A program made the position numbers and the translations under genes. A DNA stretch of 43,498 nt from Trichomonas gallinae (lineage: Eukaryota). This document shows positions 1 through 9,847 of this stretch, piece after piece. Where the stretch lies: positions 1 to 43,498 of the forward strand of contig MRSU01009624.1 of NCBI GenBank assembly GCA_008369845.1, read 5' to 3'. The notes beneath the pieces are model-generated. The model was not told where the DNA came from, did no database searches, and was given only the letters and a program-made list of their open reading frames with translations. Every line of letters begins with the position of its first letter. Position 1 is the first letter of the stretch.

Positions 1-73
1 TGCTTCTGGTGGGATTCGGACCCACGACCTTCCGCTTACTAGGCGAACGCTATAACCACTAGGCTACAGAAGC
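1..73 (-). tRNA. tRNA-Thr: tRNA-Thr(AGT)
   Basis: Reverse complement is GCTTCTG TAGCCTAGTGGTTATAGCG TTCGC CT-AGT-AA GCGGA AGGTC GTGGG TCCGAAT CCCAC CAGAAGC A. It forms a full cloverleaf with a 7-bp acceptor stem, AGT anticodon and no encoded CCA. The T-loop reads TCCGAAT instead of TTCGAAT. Confidence 0.93.
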
Positions 74-171
74 TATTCAATTAAGAAAAGGAACTAGTCT
101 TAACAGTAGTACCACATTGAAAACTGCGTCAGTAAAATTTATTCCCTCTCAATTAATATTTTCATTACGAA

Positions 172-480
172 ATGACAGTGCTTGAGATTCCTTCTTCAAT
201 ACGAGGCTCACCGCTATGCGATGACAGTTACACACCGGAAGACAACGAAGAAATCATGTTAAACATGATATTAAACCTTGAAGAAAGATTTGCAACTTGC
301 GACAAAATATATAAACAAGCTTCTAAGTCTACAGAACTTAGATATAAAGAACACATCGCTGATCTTGACTCACTAATCGCAGATCTTACAAAAATCTCTT
401 CCAAATATAGAACATTAGTTACAAATGACAGCCTTGAATCTATTATATCGCAAGAGGTAGACAAATTCTTTGGGTTATGA
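172..480 (+). CDS. Small hypothetical protein (102 aa), helical/coiled-coil C-terminal half
   Basis: ATG preceded by the initiator TCATT about 10 nt upstream; protein-like composition; no family recognised. Confidence 0.6.
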   Translation: MTVLEIPSSIRGSPLCDDSYTPEDNEEIMLNMILNLEERFATCDKIYKQASKSTELRYKEHIADLDSLIADLTKISSKYRTLVTNDSLESIISQEVDKFFGL

Positions 481-1256
481 TATCATTTCACCCAAAAAAT
501 ACATTATTTGAGATATTGTCGATGGAAGACCAATTTTATTATATGAAACCCTATTCTGGAATTGCATTTACGAAGCAGAAAACATCGAAATCTTTGTTAA
601 TATCATGGTAATGATTAAATCAGTTCTAAATATATTTACGGAAATTCGAAATATGCACAAAGATGGAAAAGATGTAATGTATACACATTATATACGTGTC
701 ACAAGTAATACTGATAGCAAATATTTATCAATGTCTCAAAATTATACCCATAACAAAATTTTCACTCTTAAACCAGAATTCCTTAATAGATTATAATTGA
801 GTGAAAAGATAAGAGAACATTTTCTCATAGAATTTTGCGATTGATAATACATATTTTGAAAACTCTGAAAATTCATTGATTTGCAGCCTAATTATTGCTC
901 AGTATGTAATATTAACCATATATTTTCAAATTTGTTAAGCTATCATTTGTTTTTCAGACTAAAAATCAGAAATTTAATTTTTTATTTTTACTTGACTGTG
1001 ATAATCATATAAACCATATGAATTTTATTTACACTAATGTTATGCGTCTAAATTATATCCAATGTAACTAATCATTGCAATCATGTAACCTCAAATTATT
1101 TCATTATTAGTTATATATGAATTTTATCAATATTCCTCACAATGTTTTTATTTTAATATTTATAGAAAAATATTTTTAAACTATGATGAAAGGAATTAGA
1201 AAATAAATTAAAAAATAAGAATAATATTAAAAAATGAAAGCCGTATTTTTATTTAT

Positions 1257-4200
1257 TTAGAAGAAAAATGGACCTCCGAAGTCAGCACTCCAGAATGGGC
1301 CTCTAAACCTTGGCATGCATCTTGGCTGTTGAGTTTGTCTCTGCTGTTGTTGAGGCTGCTGATTTGTTTGCCTTTGCTGTGGCTGTTGTGGTGCCTGTTG
1401 TTGCTGGCGTCTTTGCTCCATTTGCTGCTGATAGGCTTGTCTAAATGCCTGCTGGAACAACTGACGGAAAGCAGGGCTGAGGAAATCTGTTGGATCGCCG
1501 CCATTTTGGTTGGCGTAGCTCTGTGCTGCCTCTCTGTACATCCTATTCATGCTCTCCTGTCTCTTCTGTTGTATTGCTCTTTGGACATTATATTTTGTGC
1601 GTACATAGTCATTGTCCATATCAGCTTGAAGCCTTTGGAGTTGCTTCTTGCGATTTACTAATGCCCTGATTTTCTGATCGATTTCTTGTGTTTCGTCTTC
1701 TATTTGTTTAAGTTTCTTGTTGTAGTTTGCCTGGTAGTCCTTGAACTTCTTGATTAATTCTTCTTCTTCATTCATCTGAGGCTTCTCTTGTGGCTTCGGC
1801 TTTTCGACTTTCTTCTTCTGCTGTTTCTTCTTGCGCTGTGGAAGGCCGAGGAGTGTCGCGAGTGGATGCTCGAAGTATTCTTCTTCTTCACCATCTTCGC
1901 AGACAACTTCTCTGCATCTGCATTCCGGCTTCTTCGGTGGAATCCTTCTTGCAATTGGGCGTCCCCAAGCATCATAGAGATATTCATCTTCATCATCTTC
2001 TTTCTCCTCTTCTTCCTCATCTTCGTCTTTAGGCTCTTCGACATAAGATGGACGTCTTGGAGTGGTTGAAGTGTTCCTCCTCTTGCCTTTATTCTGTGGA
2101 TTCCTCCTGCCGATTGGATGGCCCCAGAAATCGTAAATCTGGTCATCATCGTCTTCACCATCTTCATTATTTACTTCGTCGTCTTCGACTTCTTCGACTC
2201 CATTTGCCTTTGGTTTAACTTCCGGCTCAGTTACACTTGGCTTTGCGAATTCTTCTGGCCGAGGTTCTTCGACGCGTGGTGATGATGGAACGCGTGGAAC
2301 TTCTTGGACATCATCTGGCTCTTCGACATCATCAGCTTCATCAACGGTGACAACTGTTGGCTTCTTCTGTGGCTCTGGAGCTGGCTTCAATGGCAAATTG
2401 GACAAAGCGGATAATCTAGATTCGATTGTCTTGAGTCTGGAAATGTATTGATCAGCCTTGAATGTTGGATCTTCGAACTTTGGCTCCGACATTGCCTTAG
2501 AAACGCATTCGATGAAGTCGTTGACTTCTTTGAGCAATGCTTCTTTCTCGCCGCCATCAATTCTATCAGGCTGCGTCTTGAGAAGTGTCTGGAGTTCGCT
2601 GGCTCTGTCTTTGAGCGGAGCGACTTCATCCATCAAAGCCCTGAATAGTTTGAATCTGTTCTGGGCTGGTCTGAAGAATGATTCGATTGCATCGATTCTT
2701 GTCTTGTATTGTTCGATTGGGAATCTATCGAATTCGTGCTCAGAGAACCAGTCTTCGATATCTTGTACGTCCTTCTTGTATTTGTTGAGCTGTTGTGGAT
2801 CAAAGTTATCTGGGAAGTCTCTGTTCAATCCATTCTTTGCTTCGAAGATCAAACTCTCGAGGTTGTTCTTTGCTTCGTCAATTGCGCATTCTTTGGCATC
2901 ATTAGCTGTCATCTTTGCTTCCAACTCTTTGAACTTAGCGAGATCTTCTTCTGAAATCTCGAACTCAGCCTTGTATCTGAACTTGCCATCTGGAACTGGC
3001 CTTCCTTCTTCAGCGATTACTCTTGCAGCATATACAGAGAAAACATTAGAAATAGATAAGCGAACTTCGACTTCTACTGTCACGTTTTCGTTTCCGTAAT
3101 CTAATTCAAGTGTTCCTACCTTTCCTTTGTCAGATACGAAATCGACTGTTGACTTTCCATCGACTTTGACTTTGAATTTCATCATTGATGGAGTTTTTGA
3201 GTATCTCTTAAATATCAGTTTCTCGACAGACTCTTCACCTTCTTTCCAGTTCGCTGAAATTTCCGTGTTCGTTATATCTTCGATATCCAAGTCTTTTTCT
3301 TCACCGACAAATTTCCTGCCAATAACAGCAACACCGCCAGCGAATGACTCGTTAGCATTTAAGACTTGTGCGAACTCTTTTCCTACTGTCTGGAAAACTG
3401 CTTCCTTAACTAGAGGAACTCTGCCGCCACCAGCGACAATTTCCACAGCATAAAGATCTTCGCGCTTGATTCCAGCGAGTTCTAAAGCATGCATTATTGG
3501 CTCGTGGATGCGGTTGATCAAGCCTTGAATGCGCTGGTTGAAGTCTTCGCGCTTGACGAGGAAATTAACGTCGACATCATTCATGAGGCAAGAAATATCG
3601 AAATCAACTGCTTGATTTATTGACAACGTCATCTTGAGTTTCTCACATGCATCTTGGAATCTGATCCATGCACGTGGGTTATCGCGTGGATCTAAGTTGT
3701 ATTTCTGGATAGTTCTCGATACAAGGTATGGCAGTAGCTCGTTTGTGAAGTGCATGCCTCCCAGTGTGTCGTCTGAATCCATAGCAGCGATGTGAACGTA
3801 GTCTTTCTTGACTAAAGCGACAGCAACGTTTAAAGCAAAATCACCGAGATCAATAATCATGATAGGAACTGGTTTAGCTTCTTTAGGAGGAAGCTTGCTC
3901 TCTTGTAGTTTGATGTATGAAATTGCAGCAGCTGTTGTCGAATTAATTAAGCCGAGGCAGTTAATTTCTCCAATCTTGATTGCGTTGAGTAAAATTTGGC
4001 GCTGTTCGTTTGTCCACCATGGGCAGACGGACAGTATGCACTTATCGATAGATTGATTATGCGTTTGCGAGATTTTTACTAATGATTTAAGTAAATAGGC
4101 AACAATCTGTTCTGGTCTTAAGATTACATCAGCATTGTCATACTGAATCTTAACACCTGTAAATCCGTCCTCAAGCTCAACAAGCGAATAAGCGGATAAT

Positions 4201-4448
4201 GATTCGATTTGTTTTCTTTCGATTGAATCATATTTTAGTCCTATTAAGGATTTAATTTTCGTGATAGTTGTCTTGTAGTATTCCATTTGCTGCTGCTGCG
4301 AAAGCTCACATGCATATCTTCTTTCATTTGTATAAGTAACCATTGTTGGCAAAACTTTGTTGAAAATAGTCTTCTCCTCCTCGCCATCGAGTGGAAGGCT
4401 CAGCACACAGTTCTTATTACCAAAGTCAATGCCTAATATTTCACTCAT
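1257..4448 (-). CDS. Hsp70-superfamily chaperone, Hsp110/Sse-like, with long acidic and Q-rich C-terminal extension
   Basis: True start is probably MSEILGIDFG at 4448 (initiator TCATT just upstream; the ORF-track extension to 4580 runs through promoter DNA). Motifs: GIDFG, DLG, DDTLGG, CEKLKMTLS, EIVAGGGRVP, LNANES and the Hsp110-type AKNNLESLIF lid. Stop overlaps TAAA. Confidence 0.85.
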   Translation of the reverse strand: MSEILGIDFGNKNCVLSLPLDGEEEKTIFNKVLPTMVTYTNERRYACELSQQQQMEYYKTTITKIKSLIGLKYDSIERKQIESLSAYSLVELEDGFTGVKIQYDNADVILRPEQIVAYLLKSLVKISQTHNQSIDKCILSVCPWWTNEQRQILLNAIKIGEINCLGLINSTTAAAISYIKLQESKLPPKEAKPVPIMIIDLGDFALNVAVALVKKDYVHIAAMDSDDTLGGMHFTNELLPYLVSRTIQKYNLDPRDNPRAWIRFQDACEKLKMTLSINQAVDFDISCLMNDVDVNFLVKREDFNQRIQGLINRIHEPIMHALELAGIKREDLYAVEIVAGGGRVPLVKEAVFQTVGKEFAQVLNANESFAGGVAVIGRKFVGEEKDLDIEDITNTEISANWKEGEESVEKLIFKRYSKTPSMMKFKVKVDGKSTVDFVSDKGKVGTLELDYGNENVTVEVEVRLSISNVFSVYAARVIAEEGRPVPDGKFRYKAEFEISEEDLAKFKELEAKMTANDAKECAIDEAKNNLESLIFEAKNGLNRDFPDNFDPQQLNKYKKDVQDIEDWFSEHEFDRFPIEQYKTRIDAIESFFRPAQNRFKLFRALMDEVAPLKDRASELQTLLKTQPDRIDGGEKEALLKEVNDFIECVSKAMSEPKFEDPTFKADQYISRLKTIESRLSALSNLPLKPAPEPQKKPTVVTVDEADDVEEPDDVQEVPRVPSSPRVEEPRPEEFAKPSVTEPEVKPKANGVEEVEDDEVNNEDGEDDDDQIYDFWGHPIGRRNPQNKGKRRNTSTTPRRPSYVEEPKDEDEEEEEKEDDEDEYLYDAWGRPIARRIPPKKPECRCREVVCEDGEEEEYFEHPLATLLGLPQRKKKQQKKKVEKPKPQEKPQMNEEEELIKKFKDYQANYNKKLKQIEDETQEIDQKIRALVNRKKQLQRLQADMDNDYVRTKYNVQRAIQQKRQESMNRMYREAAQSYANQNGGDPTDFLSPAFRQLFQQAFRQAYQQQMEQRRQQQQAPQQPQQRQTNQQPQQQQRQTQQPRCMPRFRGPFWSADFGGPFFF

Positions 4449-5227
4449 CAAAAATAATGAGATAAAAAATTTGACATTGTAAAAAGTGACAAATAAAGTG
4501 TTCGGCCATTTTTGAATTCTATATTTGTGAAGTTTACATGCATCGGAGAAAGAAATTTTATTCCTTTTAGAGTTGTACACATAACTATTTAACGCCTAAA
4601 TAGCTTATTTATCAAAATTTGGAGCTGAAAATCACTAAATTTTTGGAAAAATTAGAATATTGTTGCAAATCCCCATATAACACAGAAATTATATAATTTT
4701 ACAACAATGGTTTCACTTTTGTGTATAAAATACATTAATTTATTTGGTTTGCAATTTCGATAATGAAATATTTTGTTTCAAATTCTATTATAAGTTGTAC
4801 ATATAACTATTTGGTTCCTAAATAGACTATTTGACAAGACTTAATATTCTATCTCACTATTTTTATTCTGAAAATAAAATTTTGATAATATTGCCATACG
4901 ATATATATAGACCATCATTATTGACCAATATTTTTACTTTTTGTGAATATTTTGTATGGATATATTTGATATTTAATTTCATTAATAAAATATTTTGTTT
5001 TTCATTCATTCAATGTTTTATTAATTCTTTTTATACATCAATTTGATTTATTCTAACCGATAAATTTGCGAATTTATCGATTGGATAGTGAAAATTCAAT
5101 TTAGATTATAGAAATTAATGATTTGTGATTGAATGATTAAAATGTTTTGATTGTGTATAAGTTAAATTTTCAAACAATACATCTATATTTACAATATATC
5201 ATATATTCATATAACAAATAAAATAAA

Positions 5228-7381
5228 TTATTCAATTTCAACGATTGGAAGCTTGAGAAGAGTTCTAGAAATGATGTAAGATGAATTAGAATGCTTAAAC
5301 TGTACATTAATCCATACATCAATGTCCATTTCATATTTATCAAATTCAGGCTTTCTGAATAAGATGAGTCCTTCGTGTACATAGAACCTTCCAGATGTTG
5401 GAAGCTCTGTTGGTGTTGAATAATCGTACAAATTAGCGTGCGAGACTTGCAATGTGATTTTTGCGTCTTTATGTAGTTCATTTTCGATTGATCCATCAAT
5501 GTCGACGCCAACCATGAACTCCCCCATTTTCGGAACACGGACTTCATTATTGAGAAGACGAATGTTAGTGACTGAAATTGGAAATTCGCGTTTAAAGAAT
5601 GCAGGAGGAACATGTCTAAACTTGGAAACAATCGCATATAACTCATCAACACCTGGCTGTTGTCCCAAGGCTTGTATCTCAGTTGTCAATGTAGAGATTC
5701 TTTGCGCGCATTCATAACTGGTTTTGTCGAATTCTGCTGAAAGAAGTAATGAATACGTTGGAAAAGTCAATGCAATTCCTATCAAATCCTGTAAACCGTC
5801 AACAATCATATAAAGATCTGAAATTTCAGGAACAAGCTTCAAGAAAGAGAGCTGCAGACAAACGCTGGAGCACAAGAACCTGATTTTAGACAAAATGCAG
5901 TGAAGAGAAAACATTTCGCCTGATATTCTGAATGAACTTTCTGCTTGACTGTATAATAGGCACGCATTTGAAAAATCTTCTGACAAAAAGGCCAACTCAC
6001 CATCGGTGAAGAGTTTCAAGCTGTCGTAGAAGCCATCACCTCGTCTCATGCTGAAATAGTGTGAAGCTTGCTGATATTGGCCGATATGGAAAGCTACGAC
6101 ACCTAAAAGGCCTGGATCTGATGGAATGAAGTTCTTATTCAGCTCCTGATCGAGAACAAATGAAATTCTCGCCATTCCAATTTTTAATTTCTCAGTTGCG
6201 ATTTGAACAACTTCAGAAAGCTCAATGTATGATGATGCGTTATCAATAGATACGGATGAAAGGAATTCACCAACAGCATCTTGGTGATCTGATGAAATCA
6301 TGACTAATTCATAGAACATGTTACTGATTTCTGTATGCGTTTCATATGACAAAACATTCTGGTACTCGCTGAGCGCTCTAGTTACGTCAACAAACATCTT
6401 TGGATTTTTAAGATCATTTTTGAATTGCTGAATTTGCTCAACAATCTTTGTTCCCCATTCTGTTGTGCGTGGTAAAACGTATATTAATGAAACTAATGTG
6501 CGCAAATCGTTTGGTTCGATTGATTGAATATCAGAATCTGTAATATACATCAATGAGATGATTTTGAGGTATGGTGTAATATATTTGTAGTGTGTGATCA
6601 TTTCTTTGCAGAAATTGAACATGATTTCCATTTGTTCCGGAATTAAATATTTTATTGCTGGTCTGAGCTTGCGTAAGATTGTGCGAACAAATTTTTCATC
6701 TTCTTTCATGTAAGATAATATTCTCATTAATAACAAAAATGTTGAACGTGGAAAACTAAATATTTTCATTACGAAAACAATTGACGCATCGATCAATTCA
6801 ATCAAATTTGGATAATCATAGACCATGTAGTCATTGATTAACTGAATAGAAGACCGAATTACATGGTTTGATCTTGTTAAATAAGGAATAATATCAATAA
6901 TGTAAGGCATTTTGAGTTCTTTGACGATTTGAAGACAGAAGTAATCGTAATTCTTGCATAGTTCCATAGCAGCACGTTTCGCAGAAATGCTTTTTTCGAG
7001 ATTTGAAGTCATGCATCCACGAATTATTTGGCCAAGGATGGGCAATTCTGGCTTGATTGAGTTCGCAAAGATCTTTGTAGCCTGAAAAATGAAGGAATGA
7101 GTAATTTGGTTGTCGTAATTTAGTTGTTTTGTTAATAATGGGAAAAATGTAATCGGTTTTTTAAGTGGTTTGTAGCTGTTTTGTGTAATTTCTAAGAAAG
7201 TTATCATGCATTTGAGTACAAATGGATCCTGATACTTAGACATCACAGAAGCAATTTGTACTAAAGCTTCCTGCGCAGCAACAGGTCCTTCATCATGAAT
7301 AATTCGCATATTTTTTAAGAAAACGTCATTTAACTGAACTTGTATCTGTGGATTGTCTAAATCAATTGCTGTAGCATGCAT
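5228..7381 (-). CDS. Helical-solenoid protein with C-terminal beta domain; possible divergent Integrator complex subunit 7
   Basis: Uninterrupted 717-aa ORF (gene existence is secure). N-terminus (AQEALVQIASVMSKYQDP...LEITQNSYKPLKK) and VPPAFFK followed by a beta-rich tail resemble INTS7 as remembered; product call is tentative. Confidence 0.5.
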   Translation of the reverse strand: MHATAIDLDNPQIQVQLNDVFLKNMRIIHDEGPVAAQEALVQIASVMSKYQDPFVLKCMITFLEITQNSYKPLKKPITFFPLLTKQLNYDNQITHSFIFQATKIFANSIKPELPILGQIIRGCMTSNLEKSISAKRAAMELCKNYDYFCLQIVKELKMPYIIDIIPYLTRSNHVIRSSIQLINDYMVYDYPNLIELIDASIVFVMKIFSFPRSTFLLLMRILSYMKEDEKFVRTILRKLRPAIKYLIPEQMEIMFNFCKEMITHYKYITPYLKIISLMYITDSDIQSIEPNDLRTLVSLIYVLPRTTEWGTKIVEQIQQFKNDLKNPKMFVDVTRALSEYQNVLSYETHTEISNMFYELVMISSDHQDAVGEFLSSVSIDNASSYIELSEVVQIATEKLKIGMARISFVLDQELNKNFIPSDPGLLGVVAFHIGQYQQASHYFSMRRGDGFYDSLKLFTDGELAFLSEDFSNACLLYSQAESSFRISGEMFSLHCILSKIRFLCSSVCLQLSFLKLVPEISDLYMIVDGLQDLIGIALTFPTYSLLLSAEFDKTSYECAQRISTLTTEIQALGQQPGVDELYAIVSKFRHVPPAFFKREFPISVTNIRLLNNEVRVPKMGEFMVGVDIDGSIENELHKDAKITLQVSHANLYDYSTPTELPTSGRFYVHEGLILFRKPEFDKYEMDIDVWINVQFKHSNSSYIISRTLLKLPIVEIE

Positions 7382-7787
7382 TTTTAATTTTTTGACTTTT
7401 ACATGACATATTTACATAAATTGAAATATATTACATGTCAAAAATAGTACTATTTTGCAAAATTCATTTGGAAATCCTATCTATAGGTCAGTGTAATGCA
7501 GGGATTAATATTAGCGCAGAGCATCTGGAATAGCAAATATCATAAGATATATTATGAAACTGTTATAATTTTTAAATAATTAGAAATTGATTTTAATAAC
7601 TTATATTATGACTGTTTCACAGTTTTTGAGTGTAGTATTCTTGAATTTTGATTCACAATATTATGATTTTTATTTGCAAAAAATAAATAAATTTCAATAT
7701 GATTAGTAATTAACTTAATATGTATTTACACAGCAGATAAAATACAATACAGGCTTGTAAGACCTGACAATATAACAAAATAACAAA

Positions 7788-8492
7788 TTATTCTAAAGCT
7801 TGAAGCTGTTTCTTGAGTTCCTCGAGTTCTTTAGTTTTAGCTTCAATTGTAATATCTAGATTTTCGTTTAATGAGCGTGAACTTGGAGGCTGATTGTTGA
7901 TTTTCTCTGATTTTAATGAAGCTCTCTTAGCAAGAATTGGTTTGTTCTGTACTGCCAAGAGACGATTGAGTATGTGGTATGTTTCTTCCTCATTCGGTGG
8001 ATGAAGTGTTATTTGCCATCCATTTCTTAATAATAGAGGAACTTTGTCGTTGAAGCTTTCTGCAATCTTCCTTTCAGCTCTTGTCACAAGATCACCATTT
8101 ATTTTTCGTATTGTTGGAATTAAAATAATGATTCCTGATTTAAATGCTGCATTTTTCATTATGGGAGTGCCAAGCACATTAATAGATGTCAAACTTGGGA
8201 ACGATGGGAAATTTTTGAATGATTCAAACTCCGAATTCTCTAAATCAATTGATACAAGATTGCTTGTATTTGAGAGTCCATCAAGAGTCTTAAAGGGATT
8301 ACGACATAGCATTAAATGTGTTGTTCCAGATGGAATTTCAAGAACACTAAGTTTCGTAAGATTCATATTCGAATAATCCGTTGTACCATTGATTGTTTTG
8401 TCGAAAGCTGCCACCATTTTATCGTTCTTGATAGTGCGAGCTTTTGATGATGATAATGATTTGTGTGCACGTGAGATTGCGCGAATTTTCAT
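7788..8492 (-). CDS. Leucine-rich repeat protein with LRR cap and C-terminal coiled coil
   Basis: LxxLxLxxN-type repeats (HLMLCRNPFKTLDGL, LVSIDLENS, LTSINVLGTPI) and LRRcap-like IPTIRKINGDLVT. Confidence 0.8.
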   Translation of the reverse strand: MKIRAISRAHKSLSSSKARTIKNDKMVAAFDKTINGTTDYSNMNLTKLSVLEIPSGTTHLMLCRNPFKTLDGLSNTSNLVSIDLENSEFESFKNFPSFPSLTSINVLGTPIMKNAAFKSGIIILIPTIRKINGDLVTRAERKIAESFNDKVPLLLRNGWQITLHPPNEEETYHILNRLLAVQNKPILAKRASLKSEKINNQPPSSRSLNENLDITIEAKTKELEELKKQLQALE

Positions 8493-8774
8493 TTTTTTTT
8501 TCGTCTGTTTAAAATTTTGTTTTTTGTAAATTTTGTATTTGTTTTTTGTAATGTTTATGTATCATACTTCAATTATAAATCAGAAATTTTTGGATTTTTA
8601 CAGAAAATTATCGAAATTTCGAATCAAGATTCATAATAGAATTAATTTTGTATTATAATAATTTTAAAAATTAAAAGCTTATGTAAATCTAATCTATTTG
8701 GCTGAGTAACTTTTTATATATTTCATGTGAAAGTAATTATTCAATATAATTTATTTAAATAAAAACCATTTTAT

Positions 8775-9327
8775 TTACTTAAGAGGATGTGTAAAAACTG
8801 GTGCTTGATGGATTTGTTTTGTTTGGAAAGCCTTCTTGATTTGAGGATCTTCGCATAATTCGATTGGTAATTTTCCTTGGATATTAGATATTTTTGTATT
8901 AGCACCGTACTCTAATAAGCATCTTACGCCATCTGCACGATATTTTGCAGCCTCGTGTAACGGAACGTTTCCAAATTTGTCGCGATCGTTGATATCAGCT
9001 CCATTATCAATAAGGAATTTCATTATTGATACGTTAGATTTATGAGCGGCATTGTGAAGTGGTGTTGCTAAAGAAAAATTTAATAAATTTGTACATTCTT
9101 TGCCATTACATTGGCTCCTTTCTGAACAAGTAACTTGCATATATCTAGTTTATCATAGAATGCAGCGATATGAAGTGGTGTATCTCCTTATTAAAATGAT
9201 GAATTAATTAAGAATAAAAATGAATTTTGTTTGCAGCATTTAACTGTGAAGGGTCGGCATTCAACAATGCTTCGACTTGACTAGCATCACCTGTCTTGCA
9301 CAAATCGAAAATCGATGTTTGTGACAT
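8775..9327 (-). CDS. Ankyrin-repeat protein (about 166 aa) encoded in three segments separated by two short non-canonical inserts
   Basis: Segment 1 from ATG 9327: MSQTSIFDLCKTGDASQVEALLNADPSQLNAANK. Segment 2 (9187-9095): GDTPLHIAAFYDKLDICKLLVQKGANVMAKN. Segment 3 (about 9077-8775): FSLATPLHNAAHKSNVSIMKFLIDNGADINDRDKFGNVPLHEAA... The ORF track shows only segment 3 with a spurious N-terminus. Confidence 0.75.
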
Positions 9328-9847
9328 TTTTGTCAATTTTTTATCCTAAACTCACCTCACATTTCGATTTTTTATGCATTAACAATAGGATTTGACCAGT
9401 TATTTGGATTCTATCACGTTATTCTACTATTTTCGATACATTTATATCAGATATTTAATTCTAAACATCCAAAAGATGGATTTGATGAATTGTATAAGGA
9501 GAGGTATGATGCAATTCCAATACTGATTTTAATTTCAAAATATATTATAGCATAGCGTATGGTATAGCTTATCAGATTGATTCAAACTTCATATACAGGT
9601 ACAGTTCCATATGGAGGATACGAATGCAAAGTTCATTGATCCTGCTGCAGTCGGACCCTGTTTTGAAAATTACATTCGATTTTAACTTCAAAATCTAGTA
9701 GGTAAACATGATAGAATATTATAGACACTAATAGGATGATTGAAACTAAGTATTATTTATATTTGATTTTCCTTTAGAATTTCATTCATGGTTTTCTTGA
9801 AAAAAATGATACATATATATTAATTAAATGTTGATACATAATGCATT

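Noticed and set aside
520..796. 63-aa ORF and nearby coding-like sequence
   Set aside because: No recognisable motif or initiator; at most an unidentifiable gene relic.
9068..9094. 27-nt GTACAA...TTTAG as a canonical short intron
   Set aside because: Its length is a multiple of 3, so removal does not restore the TPLH frame, and it has no CTAAC branch motif.
9098..9140. ORF-track N-terminus MQVTCSERSQCNGKEC of the ankyrin ORF
   Set aside because: Out-of-frame reading of segment 2, which encodes a clean ankyrin repeat in another frame.
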